DNA from: Synechocystis sp. PCC 6803 substr. PCC-P
GTDB lineage: Bacteria; Cyanobacteriota; Cyanobacteriia; Cyanobacteriales; Microcystaceae
Direction: 5' to 3'
Assembly: GCF_000284455.1 (NCBI RefSeq)
Contig: NC_017039.1
Location: 1,920,001-1,952,000, forward strand
Length of the DNA: 32,000 bases
Part shown: piece after piece, positions 7,351-16,501 of the stretch
Layout of the letters: the number at the start of each line of letters is the position of its first letter
Numbering within the stretch: the first letter of the stretch is position 1
Notes under the pieces: generated by a model
Told to the model about the DNA's origin: nothing
Databases searched by the model: none
What the model saw: the letters and a program-made list of their open reading frames with translations, nothing else
Translations under genes and position numbers: made by a program

Positions 7351-9654
7351 ATGCATCCCACCCTCATCAGCGCCCCTATCAGCTCCTCCGCCAATGATGC
7401 CCATGCCGGCACTAGCCAGGGTTCCCATCAGGGACATCGCATACAAGTGATCCGTAGAGATGGCTCCTCAACTCCCCTAAATATTGGCAAAATTCGGGCA
7501 GTGGTGGACTGGGCTTGCCTTGGGTTGGAAGTGAACTCCATCGCCCTAGAAGCAGGGCTAACGACTAGGTTGAGAGAGGGGATTAGCACTAGAGAGATTC
7601 AAGATAATTTAATTAGCTGCGCTCTGGAAATGTGCAGTCCCAACGAACCAGACTGGCGCTACGTGGCTGGCCGTTTACATGTTTGGAGTCTGTGGAAAGA
7701 TACCCTAGTGCGTCGGGGATATCAGTATGGGCAGTATCTACGCACGGTACAAACCAAGGTCACCAATGGGGAATATGACTCCCGCATCTTGACTTACAGC
7801 GAAGGGGAATTGCAGGAAGCGGGCTGTTGGATTAACTCGGACTGGGACACAGACTATGACTATGCCGGGGCAGTTTTATTAACTAGCCGCTATCTATTAC
7901 CCAACGAATTACCCCAGGAAGCGTTATTAACCTGTGCGCTGCTATTAGCTTCGGTGGAAGCCCCCGATCGCCGTTTGCAATGGGCCCGGAGATTTTATGA
8001 ATCAATTGCAGCCCGTAGAATTTCTTTAGCCACCCCAATCCTGGCTAATTTACGAGTGCCCGGTGGTTCTCTGACTTCCTGCTTCATTGTGGCCATGGAG
8101 GATAACCTGGAAAGTATTTTTGGGGAAATTACCAATGCTGCCAGAATTTCCAAAAACGGTGGTGGAGTGGGAGTTAACGTTTCCCGCATCCGGGCCACCG
8201 GCAGTTGGGTAATGGGTAAGCCCAACGCTTCCGGAGGGGTGATTCCCTGGACAAAACTGCTCAACGATACGGCGATCGCCGTTAATCAGGGGGGGCGCAG
8301 AGCCGGAGCCGTAACCGTAGGGCTGGATGTGTGGCATTTGGACGTACCAGAATTTCTGGAAATGCAGGCGGAAAATGGTGACCAACGACGTAAAGCCTAT
8401 GATATTTTTCCCCAGTTAATCTTGCCCGATGAATTTATGCGGCGGGTCATTAACAAAGAAGATTGGACGTTAGTGGACCCCTACGAAGTTAGGGAAAAAA
8501 TGGGCATTGAGTTAGCCGAACTCTGGGGGGAACAATTTGAAGGTGCCTATCGAGAAATTGAGTCAAACCTCGATACCACCATTACCCTCTACAAACGTAT
8601 TAATGCCCGGGAATTGTTTAAGCAGATAATGCGTACCCAGGTAGAAACCGGGATGCCCTATCTTTCCTTTAAAGACACTATCAATAAAGCCAATCCTAAT
8701 AAACATTTAGGTTATATTCCTGGCACTAATCTTTGCTGTGAATCATTCTCCAACGTTACCCCTGGTCAGGATGCCCATTGCTGTAACCTAGTTAGCCTCA
8801 ACCTTGCCAATCTAGACTTGCAAGACATTGCTGGGGTCAGTCAGATTGCTGTGCGGATGCTGGATAACACCATTGAATTGACTGCGCCTCCCTTTGCCGA
8901 TGCTAAAAGCCATAACAATAAATACCGCACCATCGGGGTGGGAGCCATGGGGTTAGCAGACTGGCTGGCTAAACGTCGTCTGAATTATGACGAGTTAGCG
9001 GATATTAATCGCTTGTTCGAGGAAATCGGCTATTGGTGCACCCAATCCTCCATGGAATTGGCCAAGGAACGGGGAGCTTACCCTGCTTTCCCCGGTAGTG
9101 ACTGGCAAAAAGGTTTATTAATTGGTTCCAAACCCGTCAGTTGGTTTCAAGCTAATGCGGCTAAACCGGAACGATGGGAAAAACTCTCCAACGACATCCA
9201 AACCCACGGCATTCGCAACTCCCACATTACGGCGATCGCCCCCAACACATCATCATCCCTAGTCCAAGGTTGCACTGCCAGCATTTTGCCGGTCTATAGC
9301 CGCTTCTTTTACGATAAATGGGCTAAGGGCACTGTCCCCATTGCACCGCCCTTCATTGGTAATTGTTTCTGGTTCTACCCGGAGAATAAAACCATGGACC
9401 AGCGCAAAGTAGTCAAAGCCGTGGCCGCCATCCAACAATGGACAGATACGGGCATTTCCATGGAGTTATTATTTAACCTCAATGCGGGCATTTATTTCCC
9501 TGAAGAACCGGAAAGAAGCCTCAATGCCAAGGACATTTTTGACACCCTGGTCATGGCCTGGGAGGCCGGTTGTAAGGCGATCTACTATATTCGCACTGTA
9601 CAAAAGGATGACTTTAAGGATTCCTCCGATGGCTGCGTTGCCTGTGCTAATTAG
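7351..9654 (+). CDS. nrdA: Ribonucleoside-diphosphate reductase large (alpha) subunit, class I
   Basis: ATP-cone (IQVIRRDGSSTPLNIGKI), active-site cysteine region (SLTSCF), NLCCES (N-C-E catalytic triad region), and a C-terminal redox pair CVAC. The length of 767 aa shows no intein insertion. Confidence 0.93.
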   Translation: MHPTLISAPISSSANDAHAGTSQGSHQGHRIQVIRRDGSSTPLNIGKIRAVVDWACLGLEVNSIALEAGLTTRLREGISTREIQDNLISCALEMCSPNEPDWRYVAGRLHVWSLWKDTLVRRGYQYGQYLRTVQTKVTNGEYDSRILTYSEGELQEAGCWINSDWDTDYDYAGAVLLTSRYLLPNELPQEALLTCALLLASVEAPDRRLQWARRFYESIAARRISLATPILANLRVPGGSLTSCFIVAMEDNLESIFGEITNAARISKNGGGVGVNVSRIRATGSWVMGKPNASGGVIPWTKLLNDTAIAVNQGGRRAGAVTVGLDVWHLDVPEFLEMQAENGDQRRKAYDIFPQLILPDEFMRRVINKEDWTLVDPYEVREKMGIELAELWGEQFEGAYREIESNLDTTITLYKRINARELFKQIMRTQVETGMPYLSFKDTINKANPNKHLGYIPGTNLCCESFSNVTPGQDAHCCNLVSLNLANLDLQDIAGVSQIAVRMLDNTIELTAPPFADAKSHNNKYRTIGVGAMGLADWLAKRRLNYDELADINRLFEEIGYWCTQSSMELAKERGAYPAFPGSDWQKGLLIGSKPVSWFQANAAKPERWEKLSNDIQTHGIRNSHITAIAPNTSSSLVQGCTASILPVYSRFFYDKWAKGTVPIAPPFIGNCFWFYPENKTMDQRKVVKAVAAIQQWTDTGISMELLFNLNAGIYFPEEPERSLNAKDIFDTLVMAWEAGCKAIYYIRTVQKDDFKDSSDGCVACAN

Positions 9655-10166
9655 ATAATCTAAAAACTTGTTCACAAGCTTGAGGAAATGATGCTTAGTT
9701 TCCCTTGAAGGTCGTTGATGCCAACAAGGCTAGGATCCGTGGCAAATTTCCTTGAAAAGGGTAATTTTGACGGATTTTTTCTGATGGCGTTGATTTAGCT
9801 ACATTCTTTTAAATATTGGGCGACGGAAACCGTTTTGCCTCTGCAAAGTATAGGCTTAGAAACTCCCACTCTTGTCCAGGAATCTTTGGATGGGATTGTG
9901 ATATTAACCTCCGTTAGTCCAGGGTTTGTGCAGAAGATTTCACCCAGATCAAAAAATACCCATCAGGGCTAATGGTAAACCTCATAACTTTGAACAGAGT
10001 TGGGTAGCAATCATTAATGTTTTCCTGATTAGTTGCCCGGATTCTATCCCGGTGGGCTGACAAGATAGTGCCGCTAGTTGAGTTTTGTCGCCCCTCCATG
10101 GCAATCTAGTCTGGGGTTTAATCAATCTTTTTGCTAGTCATCTCCCCTATCCATTACCAATTAACC

Positions 10167-11339
10167 ATGACCACTTCCCTTGCAGCCATTGCCCCCCACG
10201 GCGGCCAACTGATCAATCGCCTCGCCCCGGAAGCAGAACGCCAGGAATTTTTGGCGATCGCCGATAAATTGCCCAGGGTGCAACTGGATGAACGGGCCAC
10301 ATCGGATTTGGTCATGATTGCCATTGGCGGTTTTAGTCCCCTCAAGGGCTTTATGGAGCAGGACGACTACGAGCTGGTGGTGGAAGAAATGAAACTCAGC
10401 AACGGTTTGCCCTGGTCGGTACCCGTGACTTTATCAGTGACAGAGGAAGTGGCCGCTCCCTTGGAAGTAGGCAGTTGGGTGCGGTTGGACAACAGCGCTG
10501 GTAAATTCATCGGTGTGTTGGAGCTGACCCAGAAATATCACTACAACAAAGCCCACGAAGCTAAAAACGTTTACCGCACCGACGACCAAGCCCACCCTGG
10601 AGTCAAGGTGATTTATGACCAAGGCCCTGTTAACCTGGCCGGCCCCATCTGGTTACTGGAGCGGGAACCCCATCCCCTGTTTCCCAAATACCAAATTGAC
10701 CCCGCCGCTTCCCGTCAGTTATTTGCCGAGCGGGGCTGGAAAACCATTGTCGGCTTTCAAACCCGTAACCCCATCCACCGGGCCCATGAATACATTCAAA
10801 AATGCGCGCTGGAGGTAGTTGATGGCCTCTTTCTCCATCCTCTGGTGGGGGCAACAAAGAGTGATGACATTCCCGCCGATGTGCGGATGCGTTGCTACGA
10901 AATTATGGTGGACAATTACTTCCCCAAAGAGCGGGTCATTCTGGGTATTAATCCTTCCGCCATGCGCTACGCCGGGCCCCGGGAGGCTATTTTCCATGCC
11001 CTGATTCGCAAAAACTATGGCTGTACCCATTTCATTGTAGGTCGGGACCACGCCGGGGTGGGGGACTACTACGGCACCTACGATGCCCAGGAAATTTTTG
11101 ACGAGTTTGCCCCGGAAGCGCTGGGTATTGTGCCGATGAAGTTCGAGCACGCTTTTTACTGCAAAAAGACCCTGCAAATGGCCACCACTAAAACCAGTCC
11201 CAGTGGCCCAGAAGACCGCATTCACCTCTCTGGCACTAAAGTGCGGGCTTTGCTTCGGGATGGACAATTGCCGCCACCGGAATTCTCCCGCCCTGAAGTA
11301 GCCCAGGAATTAATTCGGGCCATGCAGGGGGAAAGCTAA
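10167..11339 (+). CDS. sat: Sulfate adenylyltransferase (ATP sulfurylase), single-subunit type
   Basis: Motifs [11 protein letters not shown] and GRDHAG(V)G, with a PUA-like N-terminal domain. The ATG at 10167 ([18 protein letters not shown]) is in frame with the TTG at 10131 used by the track. Confidence 0.93.
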   Translation: MTTSLAAIAPHGGQLINRLAPEAERQEFLAIADKLPRVQLDERATSDLVMIAIGGFSPLKGFMEQDDYELVVEEMKLSNGLPWSVPVTLSVTEEVAAPLEVGSWVRLDNSAGKFIGVLELTQKYHYNKAHEAKNVYRTDDQAHPGVKVIYDQGPVNLAGPIWLLEREPHPLFPKYQIDPAASRQLFAERGWKTIVGFQTRNPIHRAHEYIQKCALEVVDGLFLHPLVGATKSDDIPADVRMRCYEIMVDNYFPKERVILGINPSAMRYAGPREAIFHALIRKNYGCTHFIVGRDHAGVGDYYGTYDAQEIFDEFAPEALGIVPMKFEHAFYCKKTLQMATTKTSPSGPEDRIHLSGTKVRALLRDGQLPPPEFSRPEVAQELIRAMQGES

Positions 11340-11381
11340 AGGAATTAAGGGAATTATTTCTCCAATTCTTGGGCATTAAAT

Positions 11382-12446
11382 ATGCGCCTACTATTTGTTT
11401 CTAGTCCCGTCAGTTCCCTCAATTCTGGACGGTTGGGGGGAGTGGCCCTGAACTTAAAAAACATCACCCGCACCATGGTCAGTCGTGGCCATGAGGTCAA
11501 AATTGTCGCCCCCAAGGGTTCGGCGATCGCCGGTTTGCCCATCCAGGAAATTGCCGGGGCGTTGCAGCCTTTAATTCCAGAGCCGACCTACCACGATCCA
11601 GTACTGATGCCAGAGGATGCGGTGGTGGCCCATATGTGGGACTACATCAGGGAAGTAGAACAAGATTATGACTTAATTGTCGATTTTGGCTATGAATGGT
11701 TACCTTTTTACCTTTCCCCTTTTTTACAGCGGCCGGTATTGCACTATGTTTGCATTAGCTCCTGGAATGCAGTTATGGACCAGGCGATCAACCGGGTGGC
11801 TCAGCTATGTCCCGGCACATTGGGGGCCCACACCCAAGCCCAGGCTGAAACCTATGCTGTGGCGGATTCTTTCCGCATTTTGAGCAGTGGCATTGATTTG
11901 GACCAGTATCAATTTGTTCCTAAATCAGGTAAAACTTTGGCTTGGGCCGGTCGCATTTCCCCGGAAAAGGGTTTGGAAGATGCCTTTGCAGTGGCTCAAG
12001 CAACCAATTTGCCTTTGCAAGTTTTTGGTTATCTCCAGGATGAACAGTATTGGCAGTCCCTAAAACGCAGTTATCCCCAAGCCCAGGTGGAATATAAGGG
12101 CTTTTTGCCCACTGCTGAATTCCAACAGGCTTTAGGTCAGTGCCAAGCCCTAATAATGACCCATAAATGGGTAGAGGCTTTTGGCAGGGTTGCAGTGGAA
12201 GCCTTAGCCTGTGGGGTGCCGGTAATTTCCTATGACCGGGGTGGCCCAAGGGAAATCGTCGAAACCGAGCAAACAGGATTTTTAGTACCCCCCGACGACG
12301 TTCCGGCTTTGGTGGCCGCTGTAGGAAAAATATCAGCCATCGACCGGGCCAATTGTCGTTCAGTGGCTGATCGCCGTTATTCTCTCCCTGCCTATGGCGA
12401 TCGCCTGGAGCAATGGTTCACAGATGTGATGAATTTTTACCAATAA
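11382..12446 (+). CDS. GT-B fold glycosyltransferase (GT1/GT4-like). From memory, the locus at this position in PCC 6803 is annotated as UDP-glucose:tetrahydrobiopterin glucosyltransferase
   Basis: N-terminal GG...H(E)V signature (RLGGVALNLKNITRTMVSRGHEV). The C-terminal E-x7-E-like region is EAFGRVAVEALACGVPVI...GGPREIVE. It lies 42 nt downstream of sat on the same strand. Confidence 0.75.
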   Translation: MRLLFVSSPVSSLNSGRLGGVALNLKNITRTMVSRGHEVKIVAPKGSAIAGLPIQEIAGALQPLIPEPTYHDPVLMPEDAVVAHMWDYIREVEQDYDLIVDFGYEWLPFYLSPFLQRPVLHYVCISSWNAVMDQAINRVAQLCPGTLGAHTQAQAETYAVADSFRILSSGIDLDQYQFVPKSGKTLAWAGRISPEKGLEDAFAVAQATNLPLQVFGYLQDEQYWQSLKRSYPQAQVEYKGFLPTAEFQQALGQCQALIMTHKWVEAFGRVAVEALACGVPVISYDRGGPREIVETEQTGFLVPPDDVPALVAAVGKISAIDRANCRSVADRRYSLPAYGDRLEQWFTDVMNFYQ

Positions 12447-12495
12447 ACGTCCCTAGAATTGGCGGGCACAACAGTTTCGTTCAGGTCGCTATTTT

Positions 12496-12882
12496 CTACA
12501 ACCACAGGCGTTGAATCGGATAATCATCCAGAGCTTGATCACGACTGACTAAAATAAGAGAATGATTAATCGATTGGGATACCAAAATACGATCAAAGGG
12601 ATCTTTGTGGTGCAAGGGAAGATTATAAAGTTTAATTGTGTCTTTTAGTGTAATAGGTAATAGCTTGAATCGGGTTCTTTGAAAACTAGCTTCAATACTA
12701 TTGAAATCACCACAGAGAGAAAGTTTACCAATTTTTAGTTTAATAGAAATTTCCCAAAAGCTGGCAATACTAACAAAAACGTTATCCATATTTTCTAAGG
12801 TATCTTTTGTCGTCACAGGCAAGTTAGAGTCATCTTCTGCTAACCAAATAAAAACGTGGGTGTCTATCAAAACAGAATTCAT
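12496..12882 (-). CDS. vapC: PIN-domain ribonuclease toxin, VapC family
   Basis: The PIN acidic residues are in the expected positions: LIDTHV (D), FWEISIK (E), HKDPFDRIL (D). The ATG overlaps the upstream ORF's stop by 1 nt (TAATG). Confidence 0.85.
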   Translation of the reverse strand: MNSVLIDTHVFIWLAEDDSNLPVTTKDTLENMDNVFVSIASFWEISIKLKIGKLSLCGDFNSIEASFQRTRFKLLPITLKDTIKLYNLPLHHKDPFDRILVSQSINHSLILVSRDQALDDYPIQRLWL

Positions 12883-13088
12883 TACATATACTCCTCAAAT
12901 TCTTCTAAGGGGGCATCAAAGTCTTCGGGTAGAGGTAAAATAAAAGTTCCTTTCATCGATCCTGCTAATGGCTTTTGGGGCGCATTTAAGGATTTATTCA
13001 TTAAATATTCAGCATAGTGTAAAAGCTCGATTTTTAAGTCATCAGGCAGATTTTCAGCAATGTTTAATAGGGCAGCTTCAGTAGTCAT
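12882..13088 (-). CDS. Type II antitoxin, DUF2281-like, partner of VapC
   Basis: MTTEAALLNIAENLPDDLKIELLHYAEYLMNKS resembles the DUF2281 N-terminus, and the C-terminus is acidic (EDFDAPLEEFEEYM). The ATG at 13088 is preceded by AAGGA. The ORF-track start at 13121 is TTG. Confidence 0.7.
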   Translation of the reverse strand: MTTEAALLNIAENLPDDLKIELLHYAEYLMNKSLNAPQKPLAGSMKGTFILPLPEDFDAPLEEFEEYM

Positions 13089-13261
13089 TTGAAAATCCTT
13101 GAATTTAATGTAATTGGTCAATTTGAATAATCTGCGTTAAATTTTCAATTTCTTCCTTACGGTCTAACAGATCATTATCAAAAGGATACTTAGGGAGATT
13201 AGGATTAATCTCAATATCTCTAGGCTTAAGTCGCATAAATTAAAAAATTGGTAAAAATAAG

Positions 13262-13290
13262 ACAATAAAAAGGTGAGCCAAAACTCACCT
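13262..13290 (-). terminator. Rho-independent terminator downstream of chlP
   Basis: A 7-bp stem AGGTGAG (13271-13277) / CTCACCT (13284-13290) with a 6-nt loop, followed on the minus strand by TTTTTATTGTC. Confidence 0.6.
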
Positions 13291-13334
13291 CTCTACTTTA
13301 TTGAAAAATTAGTTAAACTAACAAGCCATTAGCA

Positions 13335-14558
13335 TTAAGGGGCTAAAGCGTTACCCCGGAGCAAGCTACCAATGGTTTTGGCGGTAATTTTCATTTGCAC
13401 CAATGGATTGGCGGGTACCACGGTTTTGTACAGGTAACTGTCAAAAGTTAGCTTTTGCACATCGATGTCGGAACACATTTCCACAAAGGCTTCTCTGGTG
13501 GCATCGGTGCGATAGAAGACCCGTTGCAGAATATCCAACACCAAATAGGTAGCGCCGTAGCGTTTATCCCATTGTTTGATGTATTGTTTCAGATCGGCTT
13601 CGGTGGGCACCCGTTGGCCATTATTGCTGGTGGCCACAATGGTTTCCGCACACATACGGGCGGATTTGGCGGCAAAGTAAATGCCTTCCCCAGAGGATTT
13701 GGTGACGGTACCAGCGGCATCCCCCACTAGGGCTACTCGACCAACCACCCGCCGGGGCCGGGGATGTTCAGGAATGGGATGGGCTTCCACTTTGATGATT
13801 TCTCCGCCTTCTAGTTTTTTGGCAGCCCTGGTGCGGATGCCAGCCTGTAAGTCTTTGATGCGGGCTTTGTTCACCTTCATGGTGCCGGTGCCCACCGCCA
13901 CGTGGTCATATTTTGGGAATACCCAGGCGTAGAAATCCGGAGAAACGTCATCGCCCACATACATTTCTGCTAGTTCATCGTAGTAGGCCATTTTGTCTTC
14001 CGGCAGACGAATCCGCTCTTGGAAGGCGATCGCATAGTTGTAATCCCCAGCGTCAATGGCTTTGGCAATGCGAGAGTTAGCGCCATCAGCCCCAATCACC
14101 ACATCTACTTTTAGGATTTTCATTTCCCCAGTGGTGCCACCAACGCTGTGGTCGGCATAGTGGAGGGTGTAGGGATCACTATCTTTGCTAGGAATGTCTA
14201 ATTTATAAACGGTGCCATTAATGACTTTTGTACCCAGTTTCTCCGCCCGTTCCCGGAGAAAACCATCCAGCACTTCCCGGCGGCACATGCCGATATATTC
14301 GTCGTCCTTGAGGGTCTGACCGATGTTGACCTCGATGTTGGAAGGGGAGATCATTTTCATCTTCCGTACCCGGCGGTCAATGATTTCCGGGGGCAGATCA
14401 AACTCATCCACCATACAGAGGGGAATTGCTCCACCACAGGGTTTGGCGTTGTCTAGCTTACGCTCAAACAGGTAGGTTTCAATTCCGGCTTTTACTAAAA
14501 TTTCGGCGGCGGAAGAACCAGCGGGGCCTCCTCCAACGACTGCTACCCGTAATACCAA
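13335..14558 (-). CDS. chlP: Geranylgeranyl diphosphate/geranylgeranyl-chlorophyll reductase
   Basis: The FAD-binding N-terminus VAVVGGGPAGSSAAE and the whole 407-aa sequence are recognisable as ChlP. The start appears to be TTG at 14556-14558, preceded by AGGAGA; there is no in-frame ATG nearby. Confidence 0.92.
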   Translation of the reverse strand: MVLRVAVVGGGPAGSSAAEILVKAGIETYLFERKLDNAKPCGGAIPLCMVDEFDLPPEIIDRRVRKMKMISPSNIEVNIGQTLKDDEYIGMCRREVLDGFLRERAEKLGTKVINGTVYKLDIPSKDSDPYTLHYADHSVGGTTGEMKILKVDVVIGADGANSRIAKAIDAGDYNYAIAFQERIRLPEDKMAYYDELAEMYVGDDVSPDFYAWVFPKYDHVAVGTGTMKVNKARIKDLQAGIRTRAAKKLEGGEIIKVEAHPIPEHPRPRRVVGRVALVGDAAGTVTKSSGEGIYFAAKSARMCAETIVATSNNGQRVPTEADLKQYIKQWDKRYGATYLVLDILQRVFYRTDATREAFVEMCSDIDVQKLTFDSYLYKTVVPANPLVQMKITAKTIGSLLRGNALAP

Positions 14559-14939
14559 AGCCTTTCTCCTAAATTTCTTTTAATAAAAAAAGTGAGCGAG
14601 CACGGATCGCATCCTATCACGGTCTTTTTGCTTAGGGGTAGGCGATCGCCGCTGGGACGGCAAAGTTGCAATAGAGCTTTACAAAACCGTTACAAAACTT
14701 CATGCTAAGCCTGGTCACCATAGTATTAACCCAGTTTTAACCATTGATTTGATCGAGGTAAAAATGACAGTTTTCCCCAGCAGCAGGGGGAGAAGGCAAA
14801 AAGCCTCTTTTTTTCCTAAAATAGTTTTGAGCCAATTACTACCAGTGATTTTCCCGAATCTATAGCGCTGAGCTAGGCTGGAATAACCTGGTTTTCAATT
14901 GGATTTTGGCAACTATTGAGACTAAACGAACCTGCGACT

Positions 14940-16097
14940 ATGGCCCCATCAATTTCCCCTGTCACCCAACCTTTGGTTTCCATGGCGATCGCCCCCACGG
15001 TGGTGATTCGTAGTGCTTTGGCTAAAGCGGGGGAACATTTGCAAAAATTGGGGAGTAAGGGCCTAGTGGTAACGGGTAGCCACTCTGCTGAGTTGGGGGA
15101 AAAGTCTTTACAAACATTGCAGAAAAATTATGGTCTGACCCTGCCTCTGGCCAGCTATTTACCTGACTGCGCCGAGTCTTCCCTCGAACAGTTGCGGCGA
15201 CGGGTTCACCAGGAACAGCCAGATTTTATCCTAGGTATTGGGGGAGGCAAAGCCCTAGATACGGCTAAGTTATTGGCCCATCAAACCCAATTGGCGATCG
15301 CCACAGTACCTACCTCGGCCGCTACCTGTGCGGGTTGGACTGCCTTGGCCAATGTTTACAGCGAAACGGGGGCTTTCCGTTATGACGTGGCCCTAGACCG
15401 ATGCCCGGATTTATTGATTGTGGATTATGAATTGATCCAACGGGCTGAACCAAGATTACTAGTTGCCGGCATTGGAGATGCGATCGCCAAATGGTATGAA
15501 GCTTCCGTTAGTAGTGGTCAATCCAGCGATACTTTCACCGTGGCCGCTGTACAACAAGCTCGAATTTTGCGGGATATTCTTTTCCAAAAATCCGCTGAAG
15601 CCCTGGCCCAACCGGGTAGCGAAACCTGGCGGGAAGTGGTGGATGCCAGTTTGTTGATGGCGGGGGTAATCGGTGGTTTGGGTGGTGCTAACTGCCGCAC
15701 CGTCGCAGCCCATGCAGTCCACAATGGTTTGACCCAATTGCCCCAGGCCCACCATGCCCTCCACGGGGAAAAAGTCGCCTATGGCATTTTGGTGCAGTTA
15801 CGCTTAGAAGAATTGGTCAGCGGTAATCAACTCGCCGCTACTGCCCGTCGCCAATTACTGAGCTTTTACGATGAGATAGGTTTACCCAAAACCCTGCAAG
15901 ATCTGGGTCTGGGACGAATTTCCCTGGAGGAATTACGACAGACGGCGGAATTTACCTGTTTACCCAATTCGGACATTCACCGCTTACCCTTTACTGTGAC
16001 CCCAGAAACGTTGATGGCGGCCATGGTTTCCACCCTAGTGGAGGAACAAGGTACTCGCCAATTATTTGCCCAAATTCAAGATAATTCCGGTCTTTAA
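14940..16097 (+). CDS. gldA: Glycerol dehydrogenase-like, iron-containing alcohol dehydrogenase superfamily
   Basis: GIGGGKALDTAKLLA, GDAIAKWYEA and HAVHNGLT correspond to GldA motifs (GGGKxxDTAK, D..A.W.EA, H..HNG). The ATG at 14940 is in frame with the track's TTG at 14916. Confidence 0.75.
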   Translation: MAPSISPVTQPLVSMAIAPTVVIRSALAKAGEHLQKLGSKGLVVTGSHSAELGEKSLQTLQKNYGLTLPLASYLPDCAESSLEQLRRRVHQEQPDFILGIGGGKALDTAKLLAHQTQLAIATVPTSAATCAGWTALANVYSETGAFRYDVALDRCPDLLIVDYELIQRAEPRLLVAGIGDAIAKWYEASVSSGQSSDTFTVAAVQQARILRDILFQKSAEALAQPGSETWREVVDASLLMAGVIGGLGGANCRTVAAHAVHNGLTQLPQAHHALHGEKVAYGILVQLRLEELVSGNQLAATARRQLLSFYDEIGLPKTLQDLGLGRISLEELRQTAEFTCLPNSDIHRLPFTVTPETLMAAMVSTLVEEQGTRQLFAQIQDNSGL

Positions 16098-16113
16098 ATG
16101 TGAATGATCAAAA

Positions 16114-16425
16114 ATGTTAACCGTTACTAATTATCCCCATATTCGTAAAATAGACGACCAGCCAGCCCATCTGGAAAGATTGCCTCGCATTCAAGTTGCC
16201 CATATTGTGATGGACTATCTTTCCCATGGTTGGTCTGTGGATGAAATGTGCCGCCAACATCCCTATCTAAAGCCTTCGGAAGCATATTCTGCTATGGGCT
16301 ATTATTTCGATCATCAAGAAGAAGTTGATCAACAGATTCAAGAACAGTGGCAGTCAATCCAGGAAGCAGATTCTCAACCAAAATCACCTTTTTACTCCCG
16401 TCTGAGAAGCAGAGGTATTTTATAA
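16114..16425 (+). CDS. DUF433 domain protein (antitoxin-like HTH)
   Basis: The P...RIQVAHIVMDYLSHGWSVDEMCRQHPYLKPSEAYSAMGYY pattern is typical of DUF433. Confidence 0.72.
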   Translation: MLTVTNYPHIRKIDDQPAHLERLPRIQVAHIVMDYLSHGWSVDEMCRQHPYLKPSEAYSAMGYYFDHQEEVDQQIQEQWQSIQEADSQPKSPFYSRLRSRGIL

Positions 16426-16491
16426 GTGACGGTTAATATTTATTTAGATGTCCATGTTCCCCTGGAGATTGGTGATCAGTTACGCCATTGA
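16426..16491 (+). pseudogene. Remnant (21 codons) of a DUF5615-like (PIN-like/Mut7-C) partner gene
   Basis: A GTG directly follows the DUF433 stop codon. VTVNIYLDVHVPLEIGDQLRH* resembles the N-terminus of DUF5615 proteins (..LD.nVp......Lr..GhDv) but stops after 21 codons. Confidence 0.35.
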
Positions 16492-16501
16492 TTAAAAACT
16501 T

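Noticed and set aside
9914-10099. 61-aa minus-strand ORF in the nrdA-sat spacer
   Set aside because: It has an ATG start but no SD sequence, no motifs, no hydrophobic segments and no supporting context, which is not enough to call a gene. It is mentioned under the spacer finding.
10719-11267. 182-aa minus-strand ORF, plus smaller ones at 10154-10345, 10434-10622, 10630-10857 and 10819-11004
   Set aside because: All are embedded in sat, whose frame carries the canonical ATP-sulfurylase motifs. They are long shadow ORFs.
11677-12249. ORFs at 11677-11883 (+) and 11920-12249 (-) within the glycosyltransferase gene
   Set aside because: These are alternative or antisense frames of a gene with clear GT-B motifs.
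13455-13932. Plus-strand ORFs antisense to chlP
   Set aside because: The chlP frame is unambiguous. These are G/H/P-rich shadow translations.
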